Notes under the pieces: model-generated | What the model was told of the DNA's origin: nothing | Seen by the model: the letters and a program-made list of their open reading frames with translations, nothing else | Database searches by the model: none | Program-made: the position numbers and the translations under genes | Source: Octopus sinensis | Lineage: Eukaryota | DNA length: 64,000 bases | Assembly (NCBI RefSeq): GCF_006345805.1 | Contig: NC_043012.1 | Coordinates: 52,452,001-52,516,000 of the forward strand | Direction of reading: 5' to 3' | Shown here: positions 1-15,048 of the stretch, piece after piece | Position numbering within the stretch: the first letter of the stretch is position 1 | How the letters are laid out: every line of letters starts with the position of its first letter

Positions 1-30
1 TATATAATATATATATATATATATATATAT

Positions 31-392
31 GATGGCTGCCCCCTCGTTATCGAGTATGGCCATTGCACGAAGTTTAACTGTTATAGGTGCTGTGATCGAA
101 TGTGACTTTTATTTGCTTTTTAAGGCTACAGCCAGCCATTCAGTTGAGACTCACAGCACAATCAACAATCATGAACAATGTTGCTATCGTGCAATGCCTG
201 TGCAACAAGATTTTTTTTAAGTGAGGAAAGGCTGTGCACTGAGTCAAACCCACTCACTAAGTAACAGCAGCCATAATCCGAAAAGAAGAACAAGTCAACA
301 TCATCGGTAACCACTGAGCCGCAGGTTTTAAGTCGCAGTTATCCTAGTTACCTGAGTTACCTTCTCCAAGAAAGATGCCCTAACAAAGGCTT
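31..392 (-). mobile_element. Short non-autonomous RTE-derived retroposon (RTE 5'UTR-like segment plus 3' tail) abutting a (TA)n tract
   Basis: Minus strand reads TTTTCGGATTATGGCTGC..CAGTGCACAGCCTTTCCTCACTTAAAAAAAATCTTGTTGCACAGGC, resembling RTE 5'UTRs. The CCTTCTCC..AGA..GCT motif near 360 recurs in the RTE relic near 38927. It ends CTCGATAACGAGGGGGCAGCCATC next to (TA)n. Confidence 0.5.
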
Positions 393-469
393 ATCTCTCA
401 CTCTGTCTAAATGTATGTGCGTGTGTAAATACCTGCATTCGTTCCATCACACCTACACACAGGCTTGTA

Positions 470-723
470 CACATACATTCATAGCTGCACGCGTATACAT
501 ACACACATACATACATCCATACACACATACATACATACATACATACATACATGCACACATACATACATACACACATACATACATACATACATACACATAC
601 ATACATACACACATATACATACATCCATACACACACATAGATACATACACACATAGACACATACATACACACAAATACATACATACATACATACATACAC
701 AGATACATACATACACGCACGCA

Positions 724-757
<34 letters not shown>

Positions 758-852
758 CACACATACATACATACAGACATACATACATCCATACACATAT
801 ACATACATACATACATACATACATACATACATACATACATACATACATACAT
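470..852. repeat. Compound (TACA)n/(CA)n microsatellite
   Basis: Direct reading; source of spurious YIHT/MYVC ORFs. Confidence 0.95.
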
Positions 853-1535
853 CGTCCTACCCACGTATACATATATCCACCGCTATGGACGTCAGCAGGA
901 TATCAGCTCTCTGGGTTTTATTATTTAATAAGATTTTGCCATTGCCATTCAGCTTATTGTTTAGAGACATACAGATTATTGCTGATCTACTTTTCCAGTC
1001 CGTAACACAAATTACACCCAGGTGTAACATGATTTGGCAAAATAATGTTTATTCCCACTTAACCTTATCAACACTTCTTAAGTATCGATAACGATATTTA
1101 AGTGTTTCCCGCTCAGGGATCAGCTCTAATCGATATTTTTCCTTTCAGTATGGTTTATGATATCTTATTTTACAATTAGTAAACCTGTACTTATGAAAAC
1201 CTTCGCTAACGTCTGTGTCTAATTGCTTGTGTATTCGTGGTTGTTGTGTGTATGTGTGCGGTATTTTTTGTTCTCTCTGTGTGCGTGCGTATACGATTAT
1301 CTTTCTTGTTGTGTGTTTACGTGTGTTTTGGAGTGTATGTATGTGCGTGTCTGAGAAAAATATACAATATAGAGCGGTGGAAGGTGGGGGTGGAAACAGC
1401 AGAGTGATAGAAAGAGAATATGAACCGGTTGTGATGACAAACGTTGAAATCGGACTTAAGATATATGCAATAAAATATTCAGCCTTGCAATAAATTATAC
1501 TCAGGCCGTCTCTTCTCTCTCTCTCTCCATCTCCA

Positions 1536-1705
1536 CACACACACACACATATATATATATATGTATGTATGTATGTATGTATATATATATATGCATACAG
1601 ACGTACACATACACATGTACAAATTTTTACATACACGCATTATATACATACATTTATAGATTGATTGATAGATGGATTGGCAGATACATATATATATACA
1701 TATAC

Positions 1706-1760
<55 letters not shown>

Positions 1761-1785
1761 ATATATAATATATATATATATTATA

Positions 1786-1830
<45 letters not shown>

Positions 1831-1859
1831 ACACTTATATATACACATACATACATACA

Positions 1860-1893
<34 letters not shown>

Positions 1894-1935
1894 CAGACAG
1901 ACAGACAGACAGACGTATATATATGTATGTATATA
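1536..1935. repeat. Compound (CA)n/(TATG)n/(TA)n/(TACA)n/(CAGA)n microsatellite cluster
   Basis: Direct reading. Confidence 0.9.
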
Positions 1936-2456
1936 CGAAAGTAGACAGCATCTCCACGGAATTATAGCAAACATGTCCAAAATTTGGCTCTTTACATTTA
2001 AGTACCCACAGTTTGTCTCATTACGTGGTGGTCGAGTCCCTCTGACTTCACGTGGGCTGTCCACCCCATCACATGACAGACCAGTCAAGCGCGCTACTAT
2101 CATCTATATAAAGGGAATTTTCCTGCTATATTCTTCAGGGAGGTTAGGTTTTGCACGATAGAATTCGGATCTTCGGCAGAAAGTACGCTTACATTCACAT
2201 GTATCATTTGTCACCTACTTCGTTCCTGCACTCCTGCGGAAGTTCTGTCTCGGGTGGGTTTTTTCCTATTCCTTCCCGCATACCTTATCATTATGTACCA
2301 TCTGCTTGTTAAACCATTGTGTATATATTTTGACTGTTTCTTCAAGGTGTATTTCTTCAGCTTTGCCGTCTTGATGCACTCTTTAACGGGAGTCGCATTT
2401 AATCCTGGTTTTCTCATTCTTCCTTTATCTATACACTCAGCCTTACTCTAACCAGC

Positions 2457-2764
2457 GTTGGCGACACATGGCCTAGTGGTTAGAGCAGCGGACTCGCGGT
2501 CGAGGGATCGTGGGTTCGAATCTCAGACCGGGCGATGTGTGTGTATATGAGCGAAGCACCTAAGCTCCACGCAGCTCCGACAGAAGGTAATGGCGAAACT
2601 TCTGCTGACTCTTTCGCCACAACTTTCTCTCACTCTTTCCTCCTACATCTTGCAGCTCACCTGCGACGGACTGGCGTCCCGTCCAGTTGGGGAACCTCTA
2701 CGTCAAGAAACCGGGAAACCGGTCCTTATGAGCCAGGCATGGCTCGAGAAGGAACAACCAACCA
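2457..2764 (+). mobile_element. tRNA-derived SINE, family C, tail type 1 (V-SINE-like CCTGCGACGGACTGGCGTCCCGTCCAG)
   Basis: A box TGGCCTAGTGG, B box GGTTCGAATC, (AACC)n tail, exact 12 bp TSD ACTCTAACCAGC at 2445-2456 and 2765-2776; second copy at 42657-42938. Confidence 0.92.
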
Positions 2765-3216
2765 ACTCTAACCAGCCTTATCTATCAATTCAGCCTTCAC
2801 TCGTCAGAGAATGATTAAGCACAGAACACCTCTACGGAAGCTAAAAGAGGAATAACTACACGAACTTACAACGGAGGACCTACGTGATTGCCTAGCCTGC
2901 TTGAAATTCGAACCAACTTTTCCTCGAAAACACTGTATCTTGTGAAAATAAAGTAAGACATCTTGAGAAGCATTCATTGCTACACGATGTGAATAAAAAA
3001 ACAAAATAATTATGCGGGTAAATAACTCCTTCATCTAATCATATATTTCAACTAAATTTGTTTTTTTCATTTGTCTTTCTATGAGAATATTGTTATATCA
3101 TGGCCTGACCATGGTAATATCTTTACATCCACGTTAATTTTGTTTATTTTTCTTCTTTTGACATTCATTTGTTTCCTCCGTCTCTTTCTCTCTCTCTTCT
3201 TCCCTTTCTCTCTTTC

Positions 3217-3247
<31 letters not shown>

Positions 3248-3419
3248 TCGTAAGATCATACATAACACCCACCCATACTGTCTCTTGAAATCTCTCTCTC
3301 CTCGCCATCCGCTCTCCTTCTCGCTTCCTCTTACACACACACGCTCTCTCTATCTTTATCTATCTATCGATCGATCGATCGGTCTGTCTATCTATTTATC
3401 TGTAATCAAAACATTGGCC

Positions 3420-3635
3420 TCATATTTTGGCACAAGGCCAATAACTTCAGCAGATGGGACAATTCAATAACAACGACCCCAGTGTTTTTATTTCATGATC
3501 TACTTATTTCATCAACCCCGAAATAATTAAAGTCAAAGTCGCCTTCGTCGGAATTTGAACTCAGGACATAAAGACGGACATAATGCCGTTAAGCATTTTG
3601 CCCGGTGTGCTAATGATTCTACCAGCTTTGACTGC
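3420..3635 (-). mobile_element. SINE family A (degenerate, tail type 2)
   Basis: Matches the family core TTTATCGACCCCGAAAGGATGAAAGGCAAAGTCGACCTCGGCGGAATTTGAACTCAG with substitutions. Confidence 0.8.
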
Positions 3636-5256
3636 TTAATATTGAAAAGAGTTCTTAGTAATATTCTTTTAAATGTGTGGTTGTGTAATAAGAAGTTAGT
3701 TTTCTCAAGATTCAGTCCTCTTGCTTGGTAATTTCAGAAGCATCCCCGGACGGCTTAGCATTTTGCTTGGCGCGCTAATGCTCGCTACTCTTGTCTCTCC
3801 AGATATTGGTGGGTAGATCTCACCATGAATTGACCGCTTCATTGAAATATTGAAAGGCTTCGTGCGTTATCACAAACTCAATGTAGTGCAGGGTATAGGA
3901 TAAGAATCAGCAAAGTTTAATTTGTTTGTTCGCTATTCAAAATCCTGGGCCACTAGTGTCTCCTAATATAAGGACAATTATATTAAAGATCTTTCGATGG
4001 ACATGGACGCACCAACTTCTTTCACTTTAAAGCAATAAAACGAATTAAATATGAGCATCATTTGTGCTACTCATAACAGTCCAACAGTGAAACGGTACAA
4101 AACATTGGTGAACCCTTGCACCAAATTTATTAGTCCAACCACCCATTCTTTTTCTCTGCTCACAATTCCTGGGAGGGTCGTCGGGTAGATTCCTCAGCAT
4201 TTCCACCTGCCTTATCACACCTTATCAGAAGCAGCCTCCATTACTCTTACCGATTGGGAAGTGGTGAACGTTATTTATTTCATGAGTTGGTGGGTGATAC
4301 AAATAGTTGAATTCATACATTTGCCCAAACTATCACTGGTCGAAAAGTGAAATAATCATCTGTTAAACTGCGATAAGTATTGTAGAATGTACGCAACAGA
4401 GAATTTGAACCATCAATACGTGTATCTTAATCGCGATACGATGAACGTATCCGCGTGTATATCTATAAGTGTGTGGAAACACTATACAGTGTAGTGTTAA
4501 AGTTACGTCACATTTAAAATTTTTAATAACTTATTTTAATTATAAGGAAAAGAACATTTCTCTTTAGATGCGTTTGTCAATTTTGCTCCTTGAAGTTTAG
4601 ATTTTAATTAATGGTGGGTTATAACATTCCGCATCTGTCTTTGAATTTTAGCTTCGTTGGTCTTTAGGCAATAATTCTACGACAGCTCGCAATTTATCTG
4701 ACTCCCGTTTTCTTATTTCTTGCAGAATATTATTCGTCTGTTTTCTGTTCCAGGATTGTTTGGACTTGTTCTTCATCATCGCCTGAAACGAACTAAGTTG
4801 GAAACAAACGGTTGCATTTGAAAGCGTCGAATGAAATGAAAAGTGGCTTCCACGTCACCAAATACATACATAAATACATACATATGTGTGTGTCTGTCTG
4901 TCTGTCTGTGTGCGTGTGTGTGTGTCTGTGTGGCTGTGTACACATGTACTCAGATATATACATGTACATACATACATGCATATATGCATACATATACTCA
5001 TACATACATACAGACAGACATATGTGCAAGAAAAATTCATATAATTTATTTGTTAATGTCGATTGCTTTTGGTATTTTCTATTTTTATTTTTTTCCTTTT
5101 TATTTATTTCGTTTCCTTCCTTCGACCTTCGTTTATTTGCTAAACGCTTTCTCTCTTTTCAAAGACATCGCTCTCAAGCACACACATACTTTCTCTTTCA
5201 TTCTTTCTCTTTATCTGTCTGTCTATCTAGTTAACTATTTATCCATCAATCTATCC

Positions 5257-5296
<40 letters not shown>

Positions 5297-5934
5297 AAAT
5301 CACAGACATTCACTCACATTTACAGACATATACAGGCGTACGCACACATGCATTTAGTGAAAAAGGTTTTTCATTAATGTATACGCCTCTCAAATTCAGA
5401 AACATCAAGCTCTTTTGATTCCGTGAGACGATTGCTAATCTGAAACGACCGGGATCAATAACATTCACCTCGTTAATAGATTCAATTAGCCCGTTCTTAA
5501 GTAAACTTATCAGAAGAATTTCTCTGAAGAGTAGTTACATGAATTCAGGCTGACGCTATACAATTTGATCGGAGCTTTCTGAAATATAAAATATAGGATT
5601 TCTTTCATTGATCGAGCCTGTTCTTCTTCCAAGAACATTCTAGCCTTTATTTTTGTGAGTTTACATTTAGTCAAAAGTCTAATGATTTTGGTTTGTGAAA
5701 TAGATCTAATATTTCATTGGTGGTGGCCGTTCTCGTGGTGAGATAAAAGCAAGATCATTCTTTCTCGACGAACGAATATAATACTAAACTGTGATCTGTG
5801 AGCGTATGATGTTGAAGAGGATTAAGACTGGTCAAACTGTAGTCGTGTTTATCGACAGATAATCGATAGATCGTTGTTGACTTTAGAGCAGATAAAGACG
5901 CAATTACCATCGCTAATCAAGAAAATTTAGATCA

Positions 5935-6111
5935 ATATATACACACACACACACATATATATATGCATGTATGTATGTATGTATGTATGTATGTATGTGT
6001 ATGTATATATAATATATATATATACATACATATGTGTGTACATATGTGCGTGTGTGTATCTATATATATATATATTTATATATACGTACATATGTATATA
6101 TATATATATAT

Positions 6112-6198
<87 letters not shown>

Positions 6199-6200
6199 TC
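5935..6200. repeat. Compound (CA)n/(TATG)n/(TA)n/(GATA)n microsatellite
   Basis: Direct reading; pure GATA run ~6115-6197. Confidence 0.95.
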
Positions 6201-6438
6201 CGTATATATTATGTGTCAGTGTCTGCGCGCGTTTGTATAAGTACACAACTAAGTTGACGGAAAGTTAGATATAGAATAGAGAGAAAGAGATAGACAGAGA
6301 TAGACAGAGAGATAGCCGTTAGATGAAATATAAACTTAGCCGGTAGCTAATATTATTTGTATAAATCGAATATATATTTTTACACAGGCACACTCATGTT
6401 GTGGACTTCTGTATGTGTATTTGAATGTGTGTTTGCAT

Positions 6439-6500
<62 letters not shown>

Positions 6501-7590
6501 GTATTTATCTATCAATCAATCTATCCATCTGTATATCTATCTATTTCCCTTTCCCTCTGCGTAAGTGAAAGTAGATGTATGTGGTCATGTGATGAATAGA
6601 ATGTCATTTGTTAGAAGACGTTTGATCGCATATATCAGAAAATGGGTGATTATACGCATTGAGTTTCAAACCTTTATCGATGTATGTGAACCTACTATGC
6701 TCAAGAGTTTGGATCTTCCGTCGATTACTACGATGAGCATTCAAACGTCTGATTAACCATATTAGCTATTCATTAAAGTTATAAATGATTGACTGACTAA
6801 TTCAGAGGAACAATTTCCCTTAATGTCATTCTCAAATTTGCATTAACGCAATGTTACTGAGTAATACCTTTCAATTACAAGCAGTATCCATTCGCCAAGC
6901 TTCCACGCAGTTTCTGTCTTTCCTCGTCTAGGCACAAGGCTTATATCAGCCAGAGTCTAAGCTAAAGTACTCTTGTTCAGCATGTCATAACACGGGGTTG
7001 AACAAGAGACCTCCAGGATTAAGAACCAGGTATGCCTGCCTTTGATTCAGTCATAAGCTCGTCTCCAAATCAGATTTCATATTCCTTACGTTTAGATTTC
7101 TTGTTCAAAATCTAATGCACCCACTAAGTTCTCTAGTTACAAAGGCCATTCAAAGACACTCCCCAGTCTTTGACCCATGGCTGTGCTATTTATTCTCTCT
7201 ATTTTCTTCCACTGTCTTAATGGTTTCTGATACTTGGTGCTGATGGGAATACCTCAGTGCCTCTAAACAGCCATTACCATCCAACTCGTCTGTCCTCTTC
7301 TCATCACGTTTGTGTGGTGCTTCCGATGACAAAACTAGTCCCTAAGGTCCCATGATAATCATTAAAGTTGACCTCCAAAAATTCCCTCCCTGCTCATATC
7401 TTTCCTGCGAACGTTATTTACGAATGCTCAAGGGTAAAATTAATTGAATTAGTTTCATCTGTCTAAAACGATATAAAAAGTCATAAGTACTGAGCGCTGA
7501 CCGGTCTTCCAGTCTCAAGAAGTAAAACCATAGCGAAAATCTTAACCTAAGAAAGTGGCATGCGTAGTGGAGGCGATATTAAATTAAAAT

Positions 7591-7753
7591 TTCTGAGTTC
7601 AAATTCCGCCGAGGTCGAGTTTGCCTTTCATCCTTTCGGGGTCGATAAATTAAGTACCAGTTACGCACTGGGGACGATGTAATCGACTTAATCCGTTTGT
7701 CTGTCCTTGTTTGTCCCCTCTATGTTTAGCCCCTTGTGGGCAATAAAGAAACA
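7591..7753 (+). mobile_element. 5'-truncated SINE family A, tail type 1
   Basis: Core GAGTTCAAATTCCGCCGAGGTCGA..GCCTTTCATCCTTTCGGGGTCGATAAA, tail CCCCTTGTGGGCAATAAAGAAA; exact 16 bp TSD GATATTAAATTAAAAT at 7575-7590 and 7754-7769. Confidence 0.92.
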
Positions 7754-8496
7754 GATATTAAATTAAAATAGTCATCTATGCATCATACTTAATACAGCAG
7801 TGAATGTTTTAACACTGCTTCATATATCGGAGCCGATGAGTTCCCGTCCAAGCCTGCGACCGGCTGTGAGCACATGTCATTCAGAGGCCCTAAAATGCAG
7901 AAATTCATCTGTTTTTTTTCGCTCACCTCTGCCAGAAAAATAGTTTTCTTTCCTCCAGCATTTGTTGTGATTTGAGTGGAGAAGCATGTCTTGTGGAATT
8001 GTCTTCCGATGCATGACCAACAAACTGTTATTCATGTCAGAATAAATTCCATTTTTTCTGTCTTAGTATTTACATTTGTTTGACGTTTCGCACAGATCTT
8101 TATGAGTGACGTTAAAATTGAAGTAACAAACCTTCAGTCTGTTAGATGTCAAAGTCAGCAAGCAATATTCTTCGGTTGAATTTAAGTAGTGTTTATCTCA
8201 GAAAGAAATAACGTCACTAGTCAAAAGCTCTCGATTCGCTTGTTGCCACACGTCTCGTTACCGATATTGTATCTCACCGTCATTGTCTTAACAACGATCC
8301 TGCTATTCGTTGAACATCAACACACTGGAGTTCATACCTCTGCTCAGGCTTTATGTGAAGTCATTTAATAGAGACATTAACTGCATACCATTTCGTAGAG
8401 AGCGTGAAGGACAATTAATATAGCTCCTTCCTATAAAATAAATCAGGAACAAAATAAAACATATAAATCTACTTGTAATACTAACCATTTAACAAA

Positions 8497-8712
8497 AGCG
8501 GCGAGCTGGCATAATCGTTATCACGCCATGTGAAATGCTTAACGACCTTTCGTCCGTACGTCTTCTGGTTCTGGGATCAAATTCCGCCAAGGTCGATTTT
8601 TGCCTTTCATCCTTTTGGGGTAAATACAATAAGCACCAGTTGAGTCCAGAGGTCGATGTAATCGACTCTACTCCCAAATTTCTGGCTTTCTGCTGAAATA
8701 TGAAACCAATAT
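8497..8712 (+). mobile_element. SINE family A, tail type 2
   Basis: Head GCGGCGAGCTGGCA, family core, tail ..GAAATATGAAACCAATATT. Confidence 0.8.
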
Positions 8713-9799
8713 TAAATTTTTAACAAAACCCAAGGAGGAATCGAAGTGAAATGCGTAATCACTATCAAAATAAAAGATAATGTGAGAATTTGGACCAGTG
8801 ATGAGGGCCTCTATATATTGTTTTGCCACACAGAAATATCATTCAATATTCCTCAAATTATACACTTGCCGGCTCGGAAATTTACTAACGTGTTCCTGAA
8901 TTCCCTGCTGACAAGAAAAAAGAAGGGATGACAAAGTCGCCAAGCCTTTGATCTTAAGTTTATTCAGTCACATTTGATTTTGGACACAACGACGACAACG
9001 GTATGGACTTTTGATTAGGTAAAAAGGAAAAAAAATATTGCTATCTGTAACACTGTTTGTCGTAAGAGAAAAGAAACACACAGCAACTTATTGAAATGCT
9101 GTAACTAAATCAAAAATTGTTCCCACTTTATATAGTTATGTCTTAGAAAAATCTATAATAAAAATATTCTCTTCTTTGAAATTTACCATTTACGACATGA
9201 AAAGTTTCCCAATTTTTATCATTTTAAAGAATTTCTGTTTATTTTAACATTTATTTTTCCACTCAGCATTGGAACTCCTGTTCTCTACAGAAATTACAAT
9301 ACCGATAACGATGGCATGATTGTTGATAGAAATTGTCCTCATTATTATTACTGTTGTTGTTGCTATTGTTGTTGGAATTGTTGCGGTTGTTGCTGTTCAT
9401 GCAATCGCCGTTATTTTTGTGGATGCCGTTGTTCTTGCTCAACCAATTTCCTTTGATCTCTGCTGCCCTAAGAACATTTGCCGTCTAATATATCTATCTA
9501 CATCTACCACCACCCCGTTTCAATGTGATGTGTCTGAAGGAAAGTCTTTTGTTTTACTAAAATGATCGCATATTAGTTTGTTAACCATTCACATTCAATT
9601 CTGAAATTCTTCGTATTTATAGTCGACTATTATTTTCAGAATTGCAAGAGAGACGTACACATACTGATAGTAAAGTGAAAAGGATTGCAATTCTTTTCGT
9701 TTGAAATTGAAAGAAAAAAAATAACGAAAATAGAAAACGCGGAGACAAGAAAAAAAGAGACAGGTAGCTATATATGTATATATATATATATATATATAT

Positions 9800-9830
<31 letters not shown>

Positions 9831-10039
9831 AAGTGGGGAGAGGGAGTAGGCAGGCAGACAGAAAGGCAGATGGAGGAGTGGAAGACAATGATTCAGAAAG
9901 AAGGTAACAGAGAAAAAGAAGGTAACGGAAATAGGAAGACAAAACTTTATAATGCAATTGAAATTTCATTTTGGTTTCTTCAACAATCCTTCCCTTTTCC
10001 ATTTTTTATTTACTTTATTATAATACTTCTCCTTCTTAT

Positions 10040-10056
10040 CATTATTATTATTATTA

Positions 10057-10113
<57 letters not shown>

Positions 10114-10130
10114 TATTATTATTATTATTG
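10040..10130. repeat. (ATT)n microsatellite
   Basis: Direct reading. Confidence 0.95.
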
Positions 10131-10634
10131 CTATTCTTTTAGTCTTTCATGTGTACGTCGAAGAAGCAAGTTGTGATTAAATTAGATGAACCTCAAAATA
10201 AATGTCTTTTTGTAGGATTGCTTCCGTCTTTCTTCTTCTTGCCGCCCCGCATCGTTTCCACCACCAACCACATCATTACCCCCACTACACACACACACAT
10301 ACACACACGCATACATATATACACACATATATATTTATACATTTACACATATATATATATTCTTCTCCCTCTTTTATGCTTCAGTTTAGAATATACCTAC
10401 TCGTCTTATATTTTTCTAACCAGTTTTCGGTATTCACTCATGTATATAGACTTCTGTCATTATTCCGATGCGCAATGTAATATGCATACCTATATACATG
10501 CAAATATATTTGCGGGCATAATTGTATGCGTGTAACGGAACTGTCTGTGTGCGGATCTGTTGTATGCACCTGCGGAGGTATCTTTGCACATGCGTTTGTC
10601 TTCATTTGCATTGAACATACATATGTATTTATTA

Positions 10635-10649
10635 ATATGTGTATGTATG

Positions 10650-10685
<36 letters not shown>

Positions 10686-10825
10686 GACACACGCACACCC
10701 ACACGCGCACATACACGCACACACATGCGCACACACGCACGCACGTACTCACACAATTATATGTACATGTATACACACACACACATATATATATACATAC
10801 ATATACATATATATGTATACATACA

Positions 10826-10858
<33 letters not shown>

Positions 10859-10926
10859 GCACACACACACACACACATATATATATACATATATATATGC
10901 ATATATATATATATAAATATATATAA

Positions 10927-10957
<31 letters not shown>

Positions 10958-11291
10958 CACATATATCCGGGAAACAGTTAAATACAATAAGTGTATAGAT
11001 ATGTCTGTATGTATAGATATATACATATATATATATGTGTATATATATACATATGTGCATATATATGGTTATACATATATATACATATATATACACATAC
11101 ATACACATGTATCGGTGCTTTTGTGTCTATGTTTGTGTGTGTGTCTGTGCGTGAGTATGTCTTTAATACTGTTTACGTAATATCTTAGAGATAGCGTGTG
11201 ACACATATATCCTGAAAGAAGGTCATACACAACGTTTGAAAATGTGATTTTTTTTCCAGCTTGAATTTGTATAACTGAACATTTCTATTGG

Positions 11292-11323
<32 letters not shown>

Positions 11324-11545
11324 TGTATGTATGTATGTATGTATGTATGTATGTATGCATCTATGTATCTATGTATATGGCATGTGTATATATTTGATTT
11401 TATGGTCGAGAGTCTATATATTTTGCATGCGCGGTATGCAAATTTATATACGCTTGCATTTCAAAGGCAAATATCTACCCTTGAAGTAATTACTTTCTCT
11501 TCTTCCCAGTCTTCATTGTATACGCATGTATGCTTCTTTGCAAAA

Positions 11546-11594
<49 letters not shown>

Positions 11595-11858
11595 CACATA
11601 CACACACGAGGTACATAGATACGTACGCACACATGCACACAGGCACACATACATTACGATTGTCTCTTGCGCTGTCGAGGATCAGTAGTACTTATATATC
11701 TACGCGTGTTTACGTAGATGCATACACGCACATTTATTGGTATGTGAGCCAGTTGTTGTGTGTATGTATATGCATGCATATACAAATACACAGGCAAACA
11801 GTTAGACAGACAGATAGACAGAAAAACACACAGACAGACAGACATATAGATATATAGG

Positions 11859-11922
<64 letters not shown>

Positions 11923-11923
11923 G

Positions 11924-11959
<36 letters not shown>

Positions 11960-11984
11960 GATAGATAGATAGATAGATAGATAC

Positions 11985-12081
<97 letters not shown>

Positions 12082-12114
12082 AAAGATAGATAGATAAATA
12101 TATAGATATATAGG

Positions 12115-12160
<46 letters not shown>

Positions 12161-12648
12161 TATAGATAGATAGATAGATAGATAAGTAGATAGATAGATA
12201 AATAGATAGATAGATAGATAGATAGAAACATACATACATACATACGTACGTACATACATACATACATACATACATACATACATACATACATACATACATA
12301 CATACATACATACATACATACATACGTAAGTAGATAGACTGATGCAGTTCGCAGTTCATTTTTTGAGCAGGCTTGAAGGAACCCACAATACAGAACAAAG
12401 TGCACATGTAGTGCGTATATTATTTTCATGTAGGCATCATGATCTCATGACCTTCCAGGAACATGTCGTTTCAATACATATTGTATCTTATCATAAGACA
12501 TAAATGAATATGTCTCTGATATGTGATATGATTACCGTATATGTATTGAAACAGTCACTATCACGAGATGCTGTATCTCAAATAATACACACGTATAAAC
12601 ACACCACAAACAGTATACCTACACACGTTACAATACATACGTACATAT

Positions 12649-12702
<54 letters not shown>

Positions 12703-12775
12703 TATATATTATATATATATATAATTATATATATATATATATATACACATATATATATATAATTATATGTATATA

Positions 12776-12827
<52 letters not shown>

Positions 12828-12945
12828 CTTATATATATATATATATAATATATAATTATATATATATACATATATATATAATTATATATATATATATATA
12901 TATATAATATTATATATATATATATATATACAAATATATATATAT
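10635..12945. repeat. ~2.3 kb microsatellite-dominated block: (CA)n, (TA)n, (TATG)n, ~400 bp (GATA)n at ~11838-12226, (TACA)n, (TA)n
   Basis: Direct reading; explains the SIYL/YIHT/MYVC ORFs. Confidence 0.95.
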
Positions 12946-14323
12946 GAATGGATGTCATGTTTGTTAGTGTTTTTTTATCTGTGAATCTCAGTGGAAAGTT
13001 AGATGATAAAAAGTGTAACTGTTGTAGCTACGTAAAATATCACTGAAGCTACCTAATACATATAACTATTGAACTCTGAAATAACTACGCGAAATGAAAT
13101 GAATATTTCAAAATTTCTTTTCTTTTACCATTGAACTAATGTAGTTTTATTGGCATTATGTAGATATTTGTATCATTTGATTTTATTATTGGTCCTGTTT
13201 CTGTTCTTGTTCTGTAGTCCATGTCAGCTGTGATAGAGCAAGCCTATTATAGAAGGTTCTCCATCCATTACGTTCCAGTAATTTTGTATATCCCAAGTGC
13301 CAAACATTCTTTAAGACGGTACGGATGCGTTTTAAAGGTTGAAGTGTCTTTTTTTATTCGCTAGTTATTTATTTTGGGAGATTTTTAGCAGATCGAACGA
13401 CAGTAAATAATAGGTTTCCAATCTCAGCCTTAATCAAGAAGATTTTTAATTCACTTTCTTATGCAATCAACTCATATTCTATTAATATATAAGTGTAGAG
13501 TAGATTCGTGGGCATTCTTGAGTGTCATGTCTTTATTTATTTAATAAGGTACGATTTGCTATTTCTTGCACTAAAAATTCTTTCCTAACCTAGGTGAGCT
13601 AGTTGGGTATCTGGCAATATATAATTTAATGTCAATAAAATTCGCAATATGGACTGTTTCAGTCCATACTGTAGAAAAATGTACATGCATAGACATGTGG
13701 CTAAATACACCCAGGTTCGATCCTAGTAAATGGTACATTGAATAAGCTTTTTGTATTCTGATCACAGGTTGCCCAATAAGTGTTTTGTATTCTGATCACT
13801 TGTTGCCCATTGTATTGTGGAGAGAAAATGGTGGGCAGATAGCATTTGGAGGACCGTTATGTATCTATATGTCAGTGTGTGTATGTGAGAGAGAGAGAGA
13901 GAGAGTCCATGCATGAATACGTATATAAGAGTATGTGTGTGCTCTGTGCATGTATGTCTTTACGTCTCTCTCTGTAAAGATGTTTGTTAGCCTATCAAAA
14001 AGTAACAATCAAAGAAAAATATAAGACTAGCCCGAATAAAGAACTGGATATGGAAGATATGACTAGATAATCGTCTAAACACTTAGAAATATTATCTTAT
14101 CATGACTACAATCCAGTGAAAGGAACCGGGCGAGATTGTGTGGATTTGGTACATACCTTTTTCTCCACCCCCCTCCTTCACCATTTTCTATCTGTCTCTC
14201 TCCCCTCTCTTTCTCTTTTCTCTCTCTCTCGTTGCTCACACGTGACCATCGTCTATCTTTCATTTCCTAACGTGACCATCTTTCTTTTCCTGCACAGACG
14301 TTTAAAAGAATGGAGGTGTTTCG

Positions 14324-14382
<59 letters not shown>

Positions 14383-14983
14383 GTAACTATCGTCCATCTT
14401 TCGTTTCTTCACGTGACCATCTTTCTTTACTTTTGTGTCTGTTTGTCTGCCACTACTGCTTGACAACCTTTATTGCTTTATCCCGTAACATTGGGATCGT
14501 CAGAAGAGACCGATAGAACATATTAATTATAAGGTTGATTCGTTTGATTAAAATTCTTCAGCGGGTTGCCGCAACATGGCCGCAGTCAAATGACTGAAAC
14601 AAGTAATCTATAACTCTCTTTTATGCCATCGACTATGTGCATTTCCTTATATCGGCCATCTTATTTTTTTAACACAGTTCAGGAACATGCTAAATAAAAT
14701 ATATTATATAATCGATTTTGTGAAGCGTTTGTCATTGTTTTTTAGCCACCTGTTATAAGAGAATGTTCTGACTACCAACTCAAACCTCAGTAAGTAATTA
14801 GTAGAAACAGAAATTATCAGAGAAATTAATTAGAGACATATGTAATTAAGCCTAATTGTTCCATGGAACAGTTAGTAGTAATAGAGAAATTGAGAGCAAA
14901 AAAAAAACATAATAAAACATATATAGAAATTGATGAGATTACTATGCTGCCGCTGCTGCTGCTGCTGCAACTACTACTAGTGC

Positions 14984-14984
<1 letters not shown>

Positions 14985-15047
<63 letters not shown>

Positions 15048-15048
15048 T
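14985..15048. repeat. (AAT)n microsatellite preceded by short (CTG)n
   Basis: Direct reading. Confidence 0.9.

Noticed and set aside
2460-2535. tRNA gene (Arg-like head)
   Set aside because: A and B boxes are present, but there is no pairing acceptor stem; the sequence continues into a SINE body with a TSD and has multiple diverged copies.
7850-8400. Possible ancient mariner remnants (also ~15250-15870 and ~18480-19350)
   Set aside because: Only faint motif resemblance; no TIR pair or diagnostic DDD motif could be read.
391-12848. Many long ORFs (YIHT, MYVC, SIYL, poly-I/L), also at 35974-36961 and 44460-44864
   Set aside because: They are translations of simple repeats that lack stop codons and carry no protein signal.
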